Positions 18,917 through 29,503 of a stretch of DNA of 64,000 nucleotides are shown here, piece by piece (within the stretch, counting starts at the first letter, position 1; the number at the start of each line of letters is the position of its first letter). The notes beneath the pieces were generated by a model that worked only from the letters and a program-made list of their open reading frames with translations, ran no database searches and was not told the origin of the DNA. A program made the position numbers and the translations under genes. This DNA comes from a virus (lineage: Duplodnaviria > Caudoviricetes): the IMG/VR virus record IMGVR_UViG_3300020161_002811, positions 18,227 to 82,226 of that record. One strand, 5' to 3'.

Positions 18917-21900
18917 TTAGGGGTTGTAACTTATGAAGCTTGCTGGGAAAGTGCCCAAGCCTAGGCTATATAGTTGTGTTTGGGTTTGATTGTACAATAT
19001 TTTCACAGTACTACAAGACTTAAATCCTGGAGTGCAGAAAGTAAAAATTATCTCATATCTACCAAATTCGCCTTGATTAGCTAACTTACCTACTCGAAAT
19101 TGAGTATATGCTGCTAAGCCGGCGTTTGTTGAGATTGTTCCACTCTTGAATCGTGTAAGTGTTATTATAGCCGGATTAGTTCCAGGCGCAATGACACCAA
19201 CGCTTTGCACTGTTATAATATCTGGTTTACTTGTCGTTGAATTGGTAATTGGAACGACAGGTGGAACTGGAGTGGTGTCGGGTGGAAGACTGGCAAGATA
19301 CGCAGCTATGGCTGCCCAGTCTATTGACTCATCACCATCATCTTCATCATCATCACCACCACCACCATCTACTGTCTGCTGCCATATTGCTGTAATTCCA
19401 TGTATATCTATATCTCCAGTATATGGAAAAACATTTGTACTTTCTGAAACATTAGTACTGCGTTGCAAATTAAGGTCATCAATCGCAGATTGCCAATTTT
19501 CAGTTCCTACGATATCAGGTCTTTGCGCCTGATTTTCAAGTTCATACCAAGTTATTAAATTTTTACTTTCTGCATTAATCGCTACCGTAGCTGTTAGCGA
19601 GAGATTACAGTCGAATCCATAAGGTAAGTCTATTCCTTCAAATGATGTAAACTTAGAAGATAATTTAAATGGATAAGAATTGAATCCTGAAGAAAATCCT
19701 ATTAATGAGTTAAGGTTTCTAGTAGAGGATGTTCCAGTTGGCCTTTCCACTAATAAGTGGGGACCAAGTCCGCTTAATCTTTGTAGGGATGGAGAATATT
19801 TTTTAGTATAGGCAAGCAGGGGGGCATTCGGTGCGTTTGATGCTACAACTTTATGAAGTGAATAAGACGATGGTATATTCTCAGTTGTGTCCGGATTATC
19901 TATTACGTCGGCATCTTTAAATGCTACGTCGGGATTTGTGGCTTCTATATAAAAAGTAATATCCTCAACGCTAAGTTCAGCTAATAAATTACGTTGAAAG
20001 TCTGGCAATTTTTCTGACATTTTTGTTTTTAAGTAAGTGAAAATACTAGAAGTATTTGAGGATATATCTGTTGTCAGATTTCTAGCATAGACACTCTCAG
20101 ATGGCGACAAAGATACAATTTCAAATAAAGTTTTTTCAGAATCCTCTAGAGCATCTGAATACATCACCCAAGATGAATCCCAGTCTGTGACAAAATTAAT
20201 TAAAGATGAAGCCACAGTTACATCTCTTAGCGATTGAGACTTGCAGTATATTCCATAGGAGACAGCATTGAAAAATAACTTAAATGGCCCTTCAACGATT
20301 GCAGAAAAAACGTTGTTGTCATTTTCAATGCTACCATAGTGAGATGAGTCGTTATTATAATTGATTACTTTCTCTGAGTAAGCTAAGTCGTATACTGAGT
20401 TGCAATATGCCAGTAAATTAAATGTTGTAGCAATAACATTACCTTTTGACAAAGTGTCTACATTGGTAGATGCGGGAATAATTGCTCCTATTGGATATTG
20501 CGAAGAAGTTGTGGGTCCGGCTTTAAGGAAAATGTTGTTATTGGCTAGATTCGAAAAATATTTATAAGTTTTTGGCAGAGTAGTATCGCCGTTTATAAGT
20601 CTTGATCCGAAAATTCCATAATAGTCTTTTTCAAAAATGTTATCTAGCAGGGACCATCCGCCATTTTTGGTAGAATCTATAAGATAATTATTATCTATCA
20701 TGTCCACTGTATTTGCGGCAACTGGATTCGACATCACTAATTGAGTACCAGCGTTTAACTTTGAAGCGTCTGGGCATAGCGACAGATCTAGTATTACTGT
20801 TCCAAATTTATTAGCTGTGAAGTAGTTAATCTTTGCTGCTTGATCAGGCGTAATCGCTGCATCGGGTGACCAGACTAAAACATCATACTGACCCATGTCT
20901 GAAATAGATATAGTATCTATATTCATTTTCCAATAGTTAGCTTGATTTTTAGTTATGCCATTTTGTGCTAGCGGATTCGTAAATTTTAGACGAGTAAGAT
21001 TAAAAGGAGAATTTTCAAGTCTATATATTGCGTATGGATTGGTATTGGCACTGCTTGAGTCGGTGCATACAACTGCTGCTTTTACAGTTCTAGAAAAATT
21101 TCCCGAAGATATGTCAGACTCAACGCCATAGTAAACTTGATTAAAATTAAGGTTTCTTTTAATTCTTCCTATTATTCGCCAGTTAAAAACTTCATAAGTT
21201 CTATAATCTTTAATAGCCTTACTGGGAACTATGACTTGGTAGCCGTTTTCTATTGGTTGATTATTTAGATTAATATTAGTATATTTTTGATCTATTTTTT
21301 TTATAGAAAAATTCTTTGAGCCATAGTAGTTAGGATCGATTACAAATGACTCTTCGGGCAATTCCTTGAAATACTTAACAGGATTTATTGTTTCAGCATA
21401 CCGCAATTGAAATCCAAATACATTTCCAAGTTCATCTGATTCAACTTTATTGTACATTAATTTTAAGTTGATTGGTTCTTGTGGATCTAGAAATACTAAA
21501 ATTCTATAAGGAATTTCAGTAAGGTAAGAATTATCTTCAGTTCTAAATGGTTCTAATAAAATTTTATATTTTCTTTTGTTTGTAATTGGATTAATATAAT
21601 CTTTTCCAAATTCATCTAATACCTTTATCCCCAAGCTAATTATTATATCATCGCTAATATAATCATCCAAAGATATTAAAGAAATAGACGATGGAGCTAT
21701 CGCAAAGTATCTACTTACATAGAAATAATGACTAAATGAGTCTGGATTTATTTGATTTAAATCCAATATCTCAGAGACTGTTTTCTTGTGCACAAAAGAA
21801 TTGCTAATTGTTATATTTTGAGTTGCAATAGAAGATGAACCATTTAATCTCCTTAAAATGCCAAGCTCATCTGCATACATTATTTCTGATGAAGACGTTT

Positions 21901-22075
21901 CTTTAATCTTATTTTCTATAATTACTTCTGAAACATCTGCAATAAATACATTTTTTGCTGGACTAATTGATTCTGAAGTAAACCAAGATATACCCGCGGC
22001 GTGCAATGGAACTGTAGTCCCTATCTTTGTTGCTTTTTCCTTGCCAGAAGTAGTTAAATTGTCAAATATTTCCAT
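18917..22075 (-). CDS. large tail/baseplate structural protein
   Basis: 1052 aa in the structural operon. An internal QYDVLVWSP...GTVILD segment resembles a GATase1/DUF4159-like alpha/beta domain. It has a low-complexity acidic and Pro-rich linker near the C-terminus. Confidence 0.6.
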   Translation of the reverse strand: MEIFDNLTTSGKEKATKIGTTVPLHAAGISWFTSESISPAKNVFIADVSEVIIENKIKETSSSEIMYADELGILRRLNGSSSIATQNITISNSFVHKKTVSEILDLNQINPDSFSHYFYVSRYFAIAPSSISLISLDDYISDDIIISLGIKVLDEFGKDYINPITNKRKYKILLEPFRTEDNSYLTEIPYRILVFLDPQEPINLKLMYNKVESDELGNVFGFQLRYAETINPVKYFKELPEESFVIDPNYYGSKNFSIKKIDQKYTNINLNNQPIENGYQVIVPSKAIKDYRTYEVFNWRIIGRIKRNLNFNQVYYGVESDISSGNFSRTVKAAVVCTDSSSANTNPYAIYRLENSPFNLTRLKFTNPLAQNGITKNQANYWKMNIDTISISDMGQYDVLVWSPDAAITPDQAAKINYFTANKFGTVILDLSLCPDASKLNAGTQLVMSNPVAANTVDMIDNNYLIDSTKNGGWSLLDNIFEKDYYGIFGSRLINGDTTLPKTYKYFSNLANNNIFLKAGPTTSSQYPIGAIIPASTNVDTLSKGNVIATTFNLLAYCNSVYDLAYSEKVINYNNDSSHYGSIENDNNVFSAIVEGPFKLFFNAVSYGIYCKSQSLRDVTVASSLINFVTDWDSSWVMYSDALEDSEKTLFEIVSLSPSESVYARNLTTDISSNTSSIFTYLKTKMSEKLPDFQRNLLAELSVEDITFYIEATNPDVAFKDADVIDNPDTTENIPSSYSLHKVVASNAPNAPLLAYTKKYSPSLQRLSGLGPHLLVERPTGTSSTRNLNSLIGFSSGFNSYPFKLSSKFTSFEGIDLPYGFDCNLSLTATVAINAESKNLITWYELENQAQRPDIVGTENWQSAIDDLNLQRSTNVSESTNVFPYTGDIDIHGITAIWQQTVDGGGGDDDEDDGDESIDWAAIAAYLASLPPDTTPVPPVVPITNSTTSKPDIITVQSVGVIAPGTNPAIITLTRFKSGTISTNAGLAAYTQFRVGKLANQGEFGRYEIIFTFCTPGFKSCSTVKILYNQTQTQLYSLGLGTFPASFISYNP

Positions 22076-25000
22076 TATTCTTCCTCATGGTCTGGATGTA
22101 GTTGCGAGTAGTCAGATATATAGTACGGAGTAGATCCCATCAATCCCATTTGATATTGATCATATCTATTTAATGGGACCCACTTAGGGGGCAGCCAGTT
22201 GGGCGTAGAGTTATATGGGTAAATAACCTCTGCATTGGAGTGCTCATAGGCGAAGCTAGGAGTTGCAAGTATCAGTGAGTTTTCTTGCCTATTAATCGTA
22301 TATATGTTTGGTAGCGGGATATCATTCTCATAACTATATTGGATGGCGTCATATGATTCATGCCAATATATAACATCTCCAGATATAGTAACGTCATTAG
22401 AGGAAAGAACCTCTCCACTAGAAGTTAGAATAGATGTGACAGCCTCTGGATTGGAAACATTAATGCGAGCGAACCAGTAACCTGGCGTACTTGAATCATT
22501 AGCTGTAATGGCATTTGATATAGTAAATTCTCCATTAGAATCAGTATTTACTACGTAATCAGGCGTAGCAGCAAAAAGATTCTTTAATGTTCTACCAGTG
22601 TTCCAGGAAAGTTGAATCTGATTATTAAATGGCTTATTCTTCCAGTACACTTTTCCAGATATTGATAACTTACTGATTCCGTCTGCATTTATGTTTAGGT
22701 CCGACGCTGCTGCCTTTACTGACAAATTAAATGGGTCATTTCTACTTACTTCAAATGGCACCTCTAGACTATAGCCTTCAGAAGAACTATTTTCTCCACC
22801 ATTTGGAGTAGCAGATCCTATTCCAATAATATTAATTACTCCCTCACGATGTACTGCTGGTATATCACCATTGTATCTAATGATGGATGTTGCTAATCCA
22901 TTATCGCTTGTTGTTATAAACGATGGCGTAGCTGAAATTAAATCACCAGAAATAGCAAACGTTTGACCTGGCTTCAGGTTGTATTGATTATCGTGGGATA
23001 CTAGAGATAAGTACATTAAATCTGAAGTAGAGTCAGAAATATACGCTGGTGACAAATGAGCTTCAACATGCGAAAATGGATAATCTTCTTTGCTGACATA
23101 TATATATCCTTCATCTATCGGATTTAAAGATGAGTTCAGATGTAAATTAATTGGATATGTAATATCATTAATTGAATTTTCGTAAGTAATATTATATGAA
23201 GAATTTGAGTTTGGAGTTGAACTAAAATAAATTACTGAATTATATACGTCAGCGATTGGGTCATAAACGTCATTGTCAAGATACCATGCATTATTTACCT
23301 TATATGAAACTAAGTATTCCCTATCATACACAAATGGCGTGGCTGCACTCTCCGGAGTATCTTCATTGATGAGAGTAATTTCATTTTCATTTACTAGTAT
23401 AGTGTCTAATATCTGTTTACCAGTATAATTATCTAAGATTGATACATCCATTATGTCTTTATAAGCTAAGTAGATTATTTCATTTGCGCTAGCATTGACT
23501 ACTTCGGAGTTTTGAAAAGTTAATTTTCCAGGAGTAGCAGCGTCTTCAAAAGCTATATTTCTATAATTCTGACCATCAACGTCAACAAGTACAGGAGCAC
23601 CATTCCTGGGCGTATTCGAAAGGTTGACGTTAAAAAATCTTCCACTAGAAGATTCTGTAACTGGATTTGCATATATGTAATAATCGTTTTCGTCTAGATA
23701 TATCCAGCCTGTGTGTAGTGCTGATCGTTGTTCTTGAATTAAGAACTTATCCTTTTGGGCATGCACATCTACGGACGTTTCTATGCCTTGACTGAATGAA
23801 GAATTTAGATTATTTAAAAGCAAATCTTGAGATTCGACGTATGCCTTAACTGAATTTTGCCCAGTATCTAATGTGGCCTCTTTTATAATATATACATCAT
23901 CTTGAAGGAGACCAAAAGAATCTTTACTTAAGTAAATTTTACTCAAAAAAGAATCGGTATTAAAATAGGAATTTAGAGGATCCTCGCCCGTCTCATATAC
24001 GTTATCTAACGAATCTATATATCCACTAAATAGATTTGGAGTTGCCTCCGCTGTGAATGTTTCGTACGCGTCAAAGTATATAGGATAATAACTTGATGTA
24101 GCTGATTCAATTAGCATGTAGTGCGGTGTTGACGCATAGTTTATTGTTGCAGAATCGAAATAATCAGCTGCTCCCATAGACGCGTTCGAAGAATTAAAAG
24201 GCTGCCATAATATGTTTGGGGATGATGGTATTAGGTACTGGGAGTTATCATCTGGATTAATGGTTCTTCCGCCAATAATATTTGTTTCTATATCTTCTGA
24301 CCCAAAATATCCCACCCCATTTGGAGCGCTAACGTTCACATAAAGGTACTGAGGTGTTGCGTCAAACGGTAAGATTACTCTATCTAGCATCTCGTTAATG
24401 TAGATGGATTTTGTTGAAGTTCCTAAGTTAGTAGGATCATTTTCAGAATTTAGAACAAGAATAGACTGTAACGGGATCGTATCTAAATTAACTATCTTTG
24501 TTGAGTAATTAGTAGATCCAATTTTTACATTAGCGTCTTGCGGCTGCCTATTGGGGGTAGCCATTGATGTGTAGGCGTTGGCAGCTGGGTTAGTATAGTA
24601 ATTTGGAGTGCCCGTAGTAAAGGAGGCCCAATAGCTTGCCGTTGCAAGGGAGGTGTCATATGTTTGGGAAATATAATTCCATCCACCATTAGAAAAAGTT
24701 ATTTTAACAGAGGATGCGTCATAAAAGTTAATATTATTAGTTGTCGGAGTTGCTTGAGTATTGAGATAGATCTGATTATATACCTTATCTTTAAATACTA
24801 TATCAGGAATTGTATTGCCTTCTTGATCAAATATTCTAATATAGTTAAATTCGGGACTAGCAGAACTTGTAGCGGGAAATCTATTTCCTACATAAAAATC
24901 TTCTCTATTAGTGTAATTTAAATTTGAATAAAATGTAGAAGGAGTGGCGTAGTTGTCGTGTGGGGGCATTATTATTTCATATGTCAGCCCTACTCCTATA

Positions 25001-27234
25001 TTTTCTAACGGAGGCGCAGCAAAAGACCGCACTGGGCGAGCCATAATCGCTGCTGGAAATACAGCATCATATTTAACGTTGTTTGACATAGATGAAACTG
25101 GCGTGTACATTGCTGTATTCAATGCGCCATCAGGGTCTACTTCTGTGGAACTCCAATACGAATAAATAGTGCTTAAATCTCCGATGATTGCTTGTTGATT
25201 TCCCAATTCAATCAATTCATTTTTTGAAGGTAAAAACCAGTCCGTCAATCCGTTTGCTTCATATGCGCTACACATTGACGCTGCAGTGGATGATGTATTG
25301 CCTTGAGCAACAATATCTAGAGTATTCTGATATCCAGTACCTATTGCTTCCCCATTTGCTCCAGTTACTGCGGTTGTTGCATAGGCTGAAAGGGACCAAA
25401 ACACCACTGGGTCTGCTCCGCCACCATTCCATGTAAATGGCGCCACTTCAAAGTATTTACCTGTGGAGTTACCAGCCGTAGAAGGAGTGATAAATATTTT
25501 TCCTCCACCAGGACCGATATCCCCAATTGCGTAGGCTCCCGGTCCCGTACCAGCTTTTTTTCTGCCAGCTTCGTAATCCTGAACGGTTCTTAAGTAATTA
25601 ACATACCATGAATAGTCTACGATAATTGGTGTGTAGGCGTACTCTATTCCGGTCTTGTGCACTCCAGATATAGACATTGACCCATTGAATGATATAGTAG
25701 ATTTCTCTAATGATTCTAGAATGAATCTTCCGTCAGAAAAATCTCCAATACCTGGCTGATAATATTCCGATAGGGGAGATGTGTCCGTGTCATATATAGC
25801 GGGTATTCTAGAGACACCTTCTCCATCCATCCCAGAGTAATCCCAGGTTCCCTCACCCCATTTAACGTATCCTATATTAGATGGATATCTATTATTTAAG
25901 TCTTCTACTAGATCTTTGAACATTTTTTCTGGCTTACCAGAAGGGGAAAAATAAGGTGTTGTTTTTTCTAAGTCTGAAATTTCATAAATGTATGGAAAAA
26001 ATTGAGTGCTGTCAGAGTCTACATCTACGCCATAAGTTCTCCATATGTCCAATTCTCTTCTTAGTGTTCTTTTTAGCCCATCACTATGGATTCCTGGAAT
26101 ATTCTTAGATACATCTAATATTCTTTGCTTGTATCTAGAGTTGGTTTCTTTATATAGTCTCTCTAGGCCTACTCTTGCGCCAAATTCATCAAAGTTATTA
26201 AATATATTAACTGCATATTGCTCGTAAGGAGTTCCGTTTATGGAAAGCGTTACGTACTCTCTCATGACAAGAATCTGTTTATCCATTGGGTTATAATAAT
26301 AAACATGATCTGTTATTTTACTTCTGTGAAAATCTGATAAGGAATTTACAGGCGAAAGAATAACGTCATCACCTACTATGGTCTGCAGATTTGTTGGAAC
26401 ATCATAGGACACGTAAGCCCACGCAAGCATATTTTCATCGGCACTATTGATATAGGCATTGATGTCTCTTAGGTCAATCTCTGAAACAATCGCATCTATG
26501 TTTTCTTGAACCAATGCTGTTAAAAATTTTCCACCCGTAGATTGTGGAATAGCTAAAGAGGGGGTGGCAGGCTCTAGTGAGTCATCAAATAATTTTGTCC
26601 ACGTTGGAAATCTTCTTAGGATATTCCTTGCTGAATTTGATATTACTGGAGACGTGGGTTCGTGTATACCTATCTCCAAATAGAATAGCAGTCCGAGCGT
26701 CGATACGTCTATATTTTCAGAGAATATTTCAAGTTCTATTTTTATCCATGGCTTAGCGTTTCTAATGAATATAATATTAGAATCAAACGATAACGAAGAC
26801 TTTAGCCATGGACCATCTTCTGTGTCGGACTCATGCATCTGAATGTTAAAGGATGGTACTTCAAATCCTGGTACGTTTGTAAAGGTATGCTTATAGGCTA
26901 GAATATCTATTCTTGAGCTAGTATCCAGGAAGCGTATTAAGTCAGGTGTAGCTGGCTCGTAAACTACTTCACCGGCATTAGTCACATACAGTGCGTTTGG
27001 ACTAAGGGGGGTTGACATATCATTAGAATGTGATGGCGAGGTGACCTCTGTACCCACATAAGTGTTATCGCCAATTAAATTAAGGCCATAACGAGATCTA
27101 GTATATGAGTAATTATTGTACTGGCTATTGCTATATAGGTTTACGGCACTGCTTGTCCATAGCGGATTTCCCGTTAAAGCGTCATGTGTTTTAGTGAAAT
27201 CTCCACTTTTAAAAAGTAACAAGTACTGCTTCAT
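22075..27234 (-). CDS. baseplate wedge protein (gp7/gpI-like) with inserted DUF1566/C-type-lectin-like domain and C-terminal Ig-like (Big_1-like) domains
   Basis: FDEFGARVGLERLYKETNSRYKQRILD is a gpI/gp7-type motif, and the gene follows baseplate J. The insert reads YAIGDIGPGGGKIF...DWFLPSKNEL...YWSSTE...RPVRSF. C-terminal NADGISKLSISGKVY...TDSNGEF is Ig-like. Confidence 0.7.
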   Translation of the reverse strand: MKQYLLLFKSGDFTKTHDALTGNPLWTSSAVNLYSNSQYNNYSYTRSRYGLNLIGDNTYVGTEVTSPSHSNDMSTPLSPNALYVTNAGEVVYEPATPDLIRFLDTSSRIDILAYKHTFTNVPGFEVPSFNIQMHESDTEDGPWLKSSLSFDSNIIFIRNAKPWIKIELEIFSENIDVSTLGLLFYLEIGIHEPTSPVISNSARNILRRFPTWTKLFDDSLEPATPSLAIPQSTGGKFLTALVQENIDAIVSEIDLRDINAYINSADENMLAWAYVSYDVPTNLQTIVGDDVILSPVNSLSDFHRSKITDHVYYYNPMDKQILVMREYVTLSINGTPYEQYAVNIFNNFDEFGARVGLERLYKETNSRYKQRILDVSKNIPGIHSDGLKRTLRRELDIWRTYGVDVDSDSTQFFPYIYEISDLEKTTPYFSPSGKPEKMFKDLVEDLNNRYPSNIGYVKWGEGTWDYSGMDGEGVSRIPAIYDTDTSPLSEYYQPGIGDFSDGRFILESLEKSTISFNGSMSISGVHKTGIEYAYTPIIVDYSWYVNYLRTVQDYEAGRKKAGTGPGAYAIGDIGPGGGKIFITPSTAGNSTGKYFEVAPFTWNGGGADPVVFWSLSAYATTAVTGANGEAIGTGYQNTLDIVAQGNTSSTAASMCSAYEANGLTDWFLPSKNELIELGNQQAIIGDLSTIYSYWSSTEVDPDGALNTAMYTPVSSMSNNVKYDAVFPAAIMARPVRSFAAPPLENIGVGLTYEIIMPPHDNYATPSTFYSNLNYTNREDFYVGNRFPATSSASPEFNYIRIFDQEGNTIPDIVFKDKVYNQIYLNTQATPTTNNINFYDASSVKITFSNGGWNYISQTYDTSLATASYWASFTTGTPNYYTNPAANAYTSMATPNRQPQDANVKIGSTNYSTKIVNLDTIPLQSILVLNSENDPTNLGTSTKSIYINEMLDRVILPFDATPQYLYVNVSAPNGVGYFGSEDIETNIIGGRTINPDDNSQYLIPSSPNILWQPFNSSNASMGAADYFDSATINYASTPHYMLIESATSSYYPIYFDAYETFTAEATPNLFSGYIDSLDNVYETGEDPLNSYFNTDSFLSKIYLSKDSFGLLQDDVYIIKEATLDTGQNSVKAYVESQDLLLNNLNSSFSQGIETSVDVHAQKDKFLIQEQRSALHTGWIYLDENDYYIYANPVTESSSGRFFNVNLSNTPRNGAPVLVDVDGQNYRNIAFEDAATPGKLTFQNSEVVNASANEIIYLAYKDIMDVSILDNYTGKQILDTILVNENEITLINEDTPESAATPFVYDREYLVSYKVNNAWYLDNDVYDPIADVYNSVIYFSSTPNSNSSYNITYENSINDITYPINLHLNSSLNPIDEGYIYVSKEDYPFSHVEAHLSPAYISDSTSDLMYLSLVSHDNQYNLKPGQTFAISGDLISATPSFITTSDNGLATSIIRYNGDIPAVHREGVINIIGIGSATPNGGENSSSEGYSLEVPFEVSRNDPFNLSVKAAASDLNINADGISKLSISGKVYWKNKPFNNQIQLSWNTGRTLKNLFAATPDYVVNTDSNGEFTISNAITANDSSTPGYWFARINVSNPEAVTSILTSSGEVLSSNDVTISGDVIYWHESYDAIQYSYENDIPLPNIYTINRQENSLILATPSFAYEHSNAEVIYPYNSTPNWLPPKWVPLNRYDQYQMGLMGSTPYYISDYSQLHPDHEEE

Positions 27235-27312
27235 TTAATCCTCAGTTTAACTAAAATTAATGTTTAAATAAAGTATATTATAATATATATTTTATTTATA
27301 AATAACTTATTT

Positions 27313-28482
27313 TTAATAAGTTGTAGATCCCATTATAACAGAATTTATACTAACAGTTCCAGCTGATATGTAGTTTTTAATGCCTTGTAACGAAAAATCT
27401 TTTAGTGGCAATTCTTTTCCGTCGGCGGTAATGCTGGATACAATTGTGTTTCTTATATAATCAGAAGATCTGTTAATTTGGTTTTCAATTTGGGTCAAGG
27501 ACATAGTATCCCCTATGGTTAGTGAATTTAAATACCTTTTAACGAATAATGATGCTTGATTTGCAATGCCGGAAGCCAAGGTCTCAGATACACCCATGGG
27601 GATTCTAATAGTAGCTGCGACTGAAACTGTAACTTTTTCTGCTATTCTAACATTAAATTTAACGCCTACTGGCTTGACCGCATTAACTGCTATTAAAATA
27701 TTTTGAGGAAGATTACCTAATCCATTACTTGTTTCTGGGACTACTACAATATCGCAAGATCCTATTCCATAAGAGCCTTCTCTAATTCTGACATCTCTTA
27801 CGCCCCTCACTCCTAAGGCAGCAAATCTTACTGATTCTGCACTGCCTACTGCCTTTGACTTAATTGACGCAATTATTCTTCTTCTAAAATTAGAATCAGA
27901 TTCTGAATTTATATTAGAATATACTTCCTTTGGATTATTGCAAAATAGAATTACTCCCGCTGGGGAAAAGAAATTGTGCTTTGTCAAAGAGTTAACTGGA
28001 GCTACATACGCGTTGTCGGAGAAATTCGGTTCTACCCTACCATAGGCTCTAGTTGAACCTGTTGGAATTACTACATCACCAGCTAATTTAAAGCCATACT
28101 GTTTTGATATAAAATTTGACACATCATTATAAACTAGTACGTCTTTTGGAATGGTTATAGCCGAGCTATGGGCTTTATTTATAAAGAATTCTATGTTAAA
28201 AGACTGCCTATCTTCAGAGGCATAATCTGTTATGCTCTTTCTTGTTATGCCGTAAAGATCGCCAATCAGATCTAGATTCCTACCAGAGGCACTAGATAGA
28301 TCTCCTTGCGTTATATTAAATCTCAGTGCCTCATAAAGGTCTGATATTTCAGAACTAAATGCCTCTGCAAAAGCTCTGGCAATGGATCCTGGATACACTG
28401 CTGATATTGCTGCATCTTTTTGTAAGGAATTTAATATACTTACTAATATATCTGATTTACTTTTAATACCATAAACGGACAT
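27313..28482 (-). CDS. baseplate J-like (gp6) wedge protein
   Basis: GSIARAFAEA, GRNLDLIGDLYGITR, ESDSNFRRRI, GSAESVRFAALGVRGVRDV and GSCDIVV are baseplate J motifs. Confidence 0.9.
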   Translation of the reverse strand: MSVYGIKSKSDILVSILNSLQKDAAISAVYPGSIARAFAEAFSSEISDLYEALRFNITQGDLSSASGRNLDLIGDLYGITRKSITDYASEDRQSFNIEFFINKAHSSAITIPKDVLVYNDVSNFISKQYGFKLAGDVVIPTGSTRAYGRVEPNFSDNAYVAPVNSLTKHNFFSPAGVILFCNNPKEVYSNINSESDSNFRRRIIASIKSKAVGSAESVRFAALGVRGVRDVRIREGSYGIGSCDIVVVPETSNGLGNLPQNILIAVNAVKPVGVKFNVRIAEKVTVSVAATIRIPMGVSETLASGIANQASLFVKRYLNSLTIGDTMSLTQIENQINRSSDYIRNTIVSSITADGKELPLKDFSLQGIKNYISAGTVSINSVIMGSTTY

Positions 28483-28485
28483 TTA

Positions 28486-28866
28486 TTAATCTCCTAGATT
28501 TTGACTTACTGATAACATGATGGGTTCGTCTATATCGGATACTATATGGATATCAAATTTAATAGTATCCCTACTGGTTGGAACGGCAGTAATCTTAATA
28601 TTGCGACCCTTAAAAAGGCCTTCTCTTTGAAGTCCAGCCATAATGAGAGCTTTGCCAAATTCTGCTGTTTCCTTTGTCTGTGGCAATCCATAGAGTCTGG
28701 ATAAGTCTATTCCAAGTTGTGGGTAGATGTAAAAATCTCCAGGCTCTGTCATTAGCCTTAGGTAGATTTGCTGAATATCTTCGTGTAAAGAGGATGGAGC
28801 TAATCCGAGGTCCTTTTTTCCGTCAATAATAAAATCTCCATCTAAAGTAAAATATAGGTCACTCAT
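28486..28866 (-). CDS. baseplate wedge gp25-like protein
   Basis: DLYFTLDGDFII..KDL, QQIYLRLMTEPGD..YPQLGIDL; 126 aa immediately before baseplate J. Confidence 0.8.
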   Translation of the reverse strand: MSDLYFTLDGDFIIDGKKDLGLAPSSLHEDIQQIYLRLMTEPGDFYIYPQLGIDLSRLYGLPQTKETAEFGKALIMAGLQREGLFKGRNIKITAVPTSRDTIKFDIHIVSDIDEPIMLSVSQNLGD

Positions 28867-29503
28867 TCACTGCCTCTAATGCTAACTGGTGTGCCTGTTC
28901 GAAGGATATTCCCTCTTTCATAAGACTTATCATATATTGAATATGCTTCTTAGAATAATCTGATTGATATATTTCCAGTAAACCTATTTGCTCATTTGTC
29001 AATCCATCTATACTATATTCTGATTGATAATTTTGCTTTAATTGGTCTACTACTGGAGCAAATCCATACTCACCAGTTATAGTAATGGGCTTTTGCTTTT
29101 CCTCCTGGTCATATTTCTTAGCTGTATCTAAATAATAGCTGACGCCATTCTGGGCAGAATGTATTGATTTAGCATTTATTTTAACTAAAGTTGGCTCAAT
29201 ATAGGACGATGCTGCGTAGTTGAAATTGTAACTATTCCACCTAAGGCCATCTTCTTTTGTGTGCATTCTGACAGAGTCCCCAAAAAAAGATATTGACTTT
29301 GATCTTGCGCTAATGATTATTCCTATACCGGGGGCAGCAAATATTTCTATATCCCCTTCGTCATTTAACCTAATAAAACTAGATAAGTCGGGGTGCGTTA
29401 GCCCAACTTCTCTGTCGGAAAATTCTTTTCTTTTTTTAATTTCAGAAGATACAGGTAGAGCTGGATCTTGGTAATTAATATTATTTATTGACGCTCTGCT
29501 CAT
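28859..29503 (-). CDS. baseplate spike C-terminal (beta-helix-like) part
   Basis: HPDLSSFIRLNDEGDIEIFAAPGIGIII resembles gp5/gpV beta-strand repeats; sits between the OB-fold gene and gp25. Confidence 0.55.
   Translation of the reverse strand: MSRASINNINYQDPALPVSSEIKKRKEFSDREVGLTHPDLSSFIRLNDEGDIEIFAAPGIGIIISARSKSISFFGDSVRMHTKEDGLRWNSYNFNYAASSYIEPTLVKINAKSIHSAQNGVSYYLDTAKKYDQEEKQKPITITGEYGFAPVVDQLKQNYQSEYSIDGLTNEQIGLLEIYQSDYSKKHIQYMISLMKEGISFEQAHQLALEAVNE

Noticed and set aside
18888-19395. Group I intron or programmed frameshift joining the 1052-aa and 924-aa tail genes
   Set aside because: The segment is open and protein-like, with no recognisable P7/catalytic-core sequence. A shift near CCC TAA AAA would still meet the in-frame TGA at 18900-18902.
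25020-25165. Complete diversity-generating retroelement acting on the DUF1566 domain
   Set aside because: No second copy (template repeat), reverse transcriptase or Avd-like gene is visible in this window, and the domain is internal. Kept only as a hypothesis to test on the whole genome.
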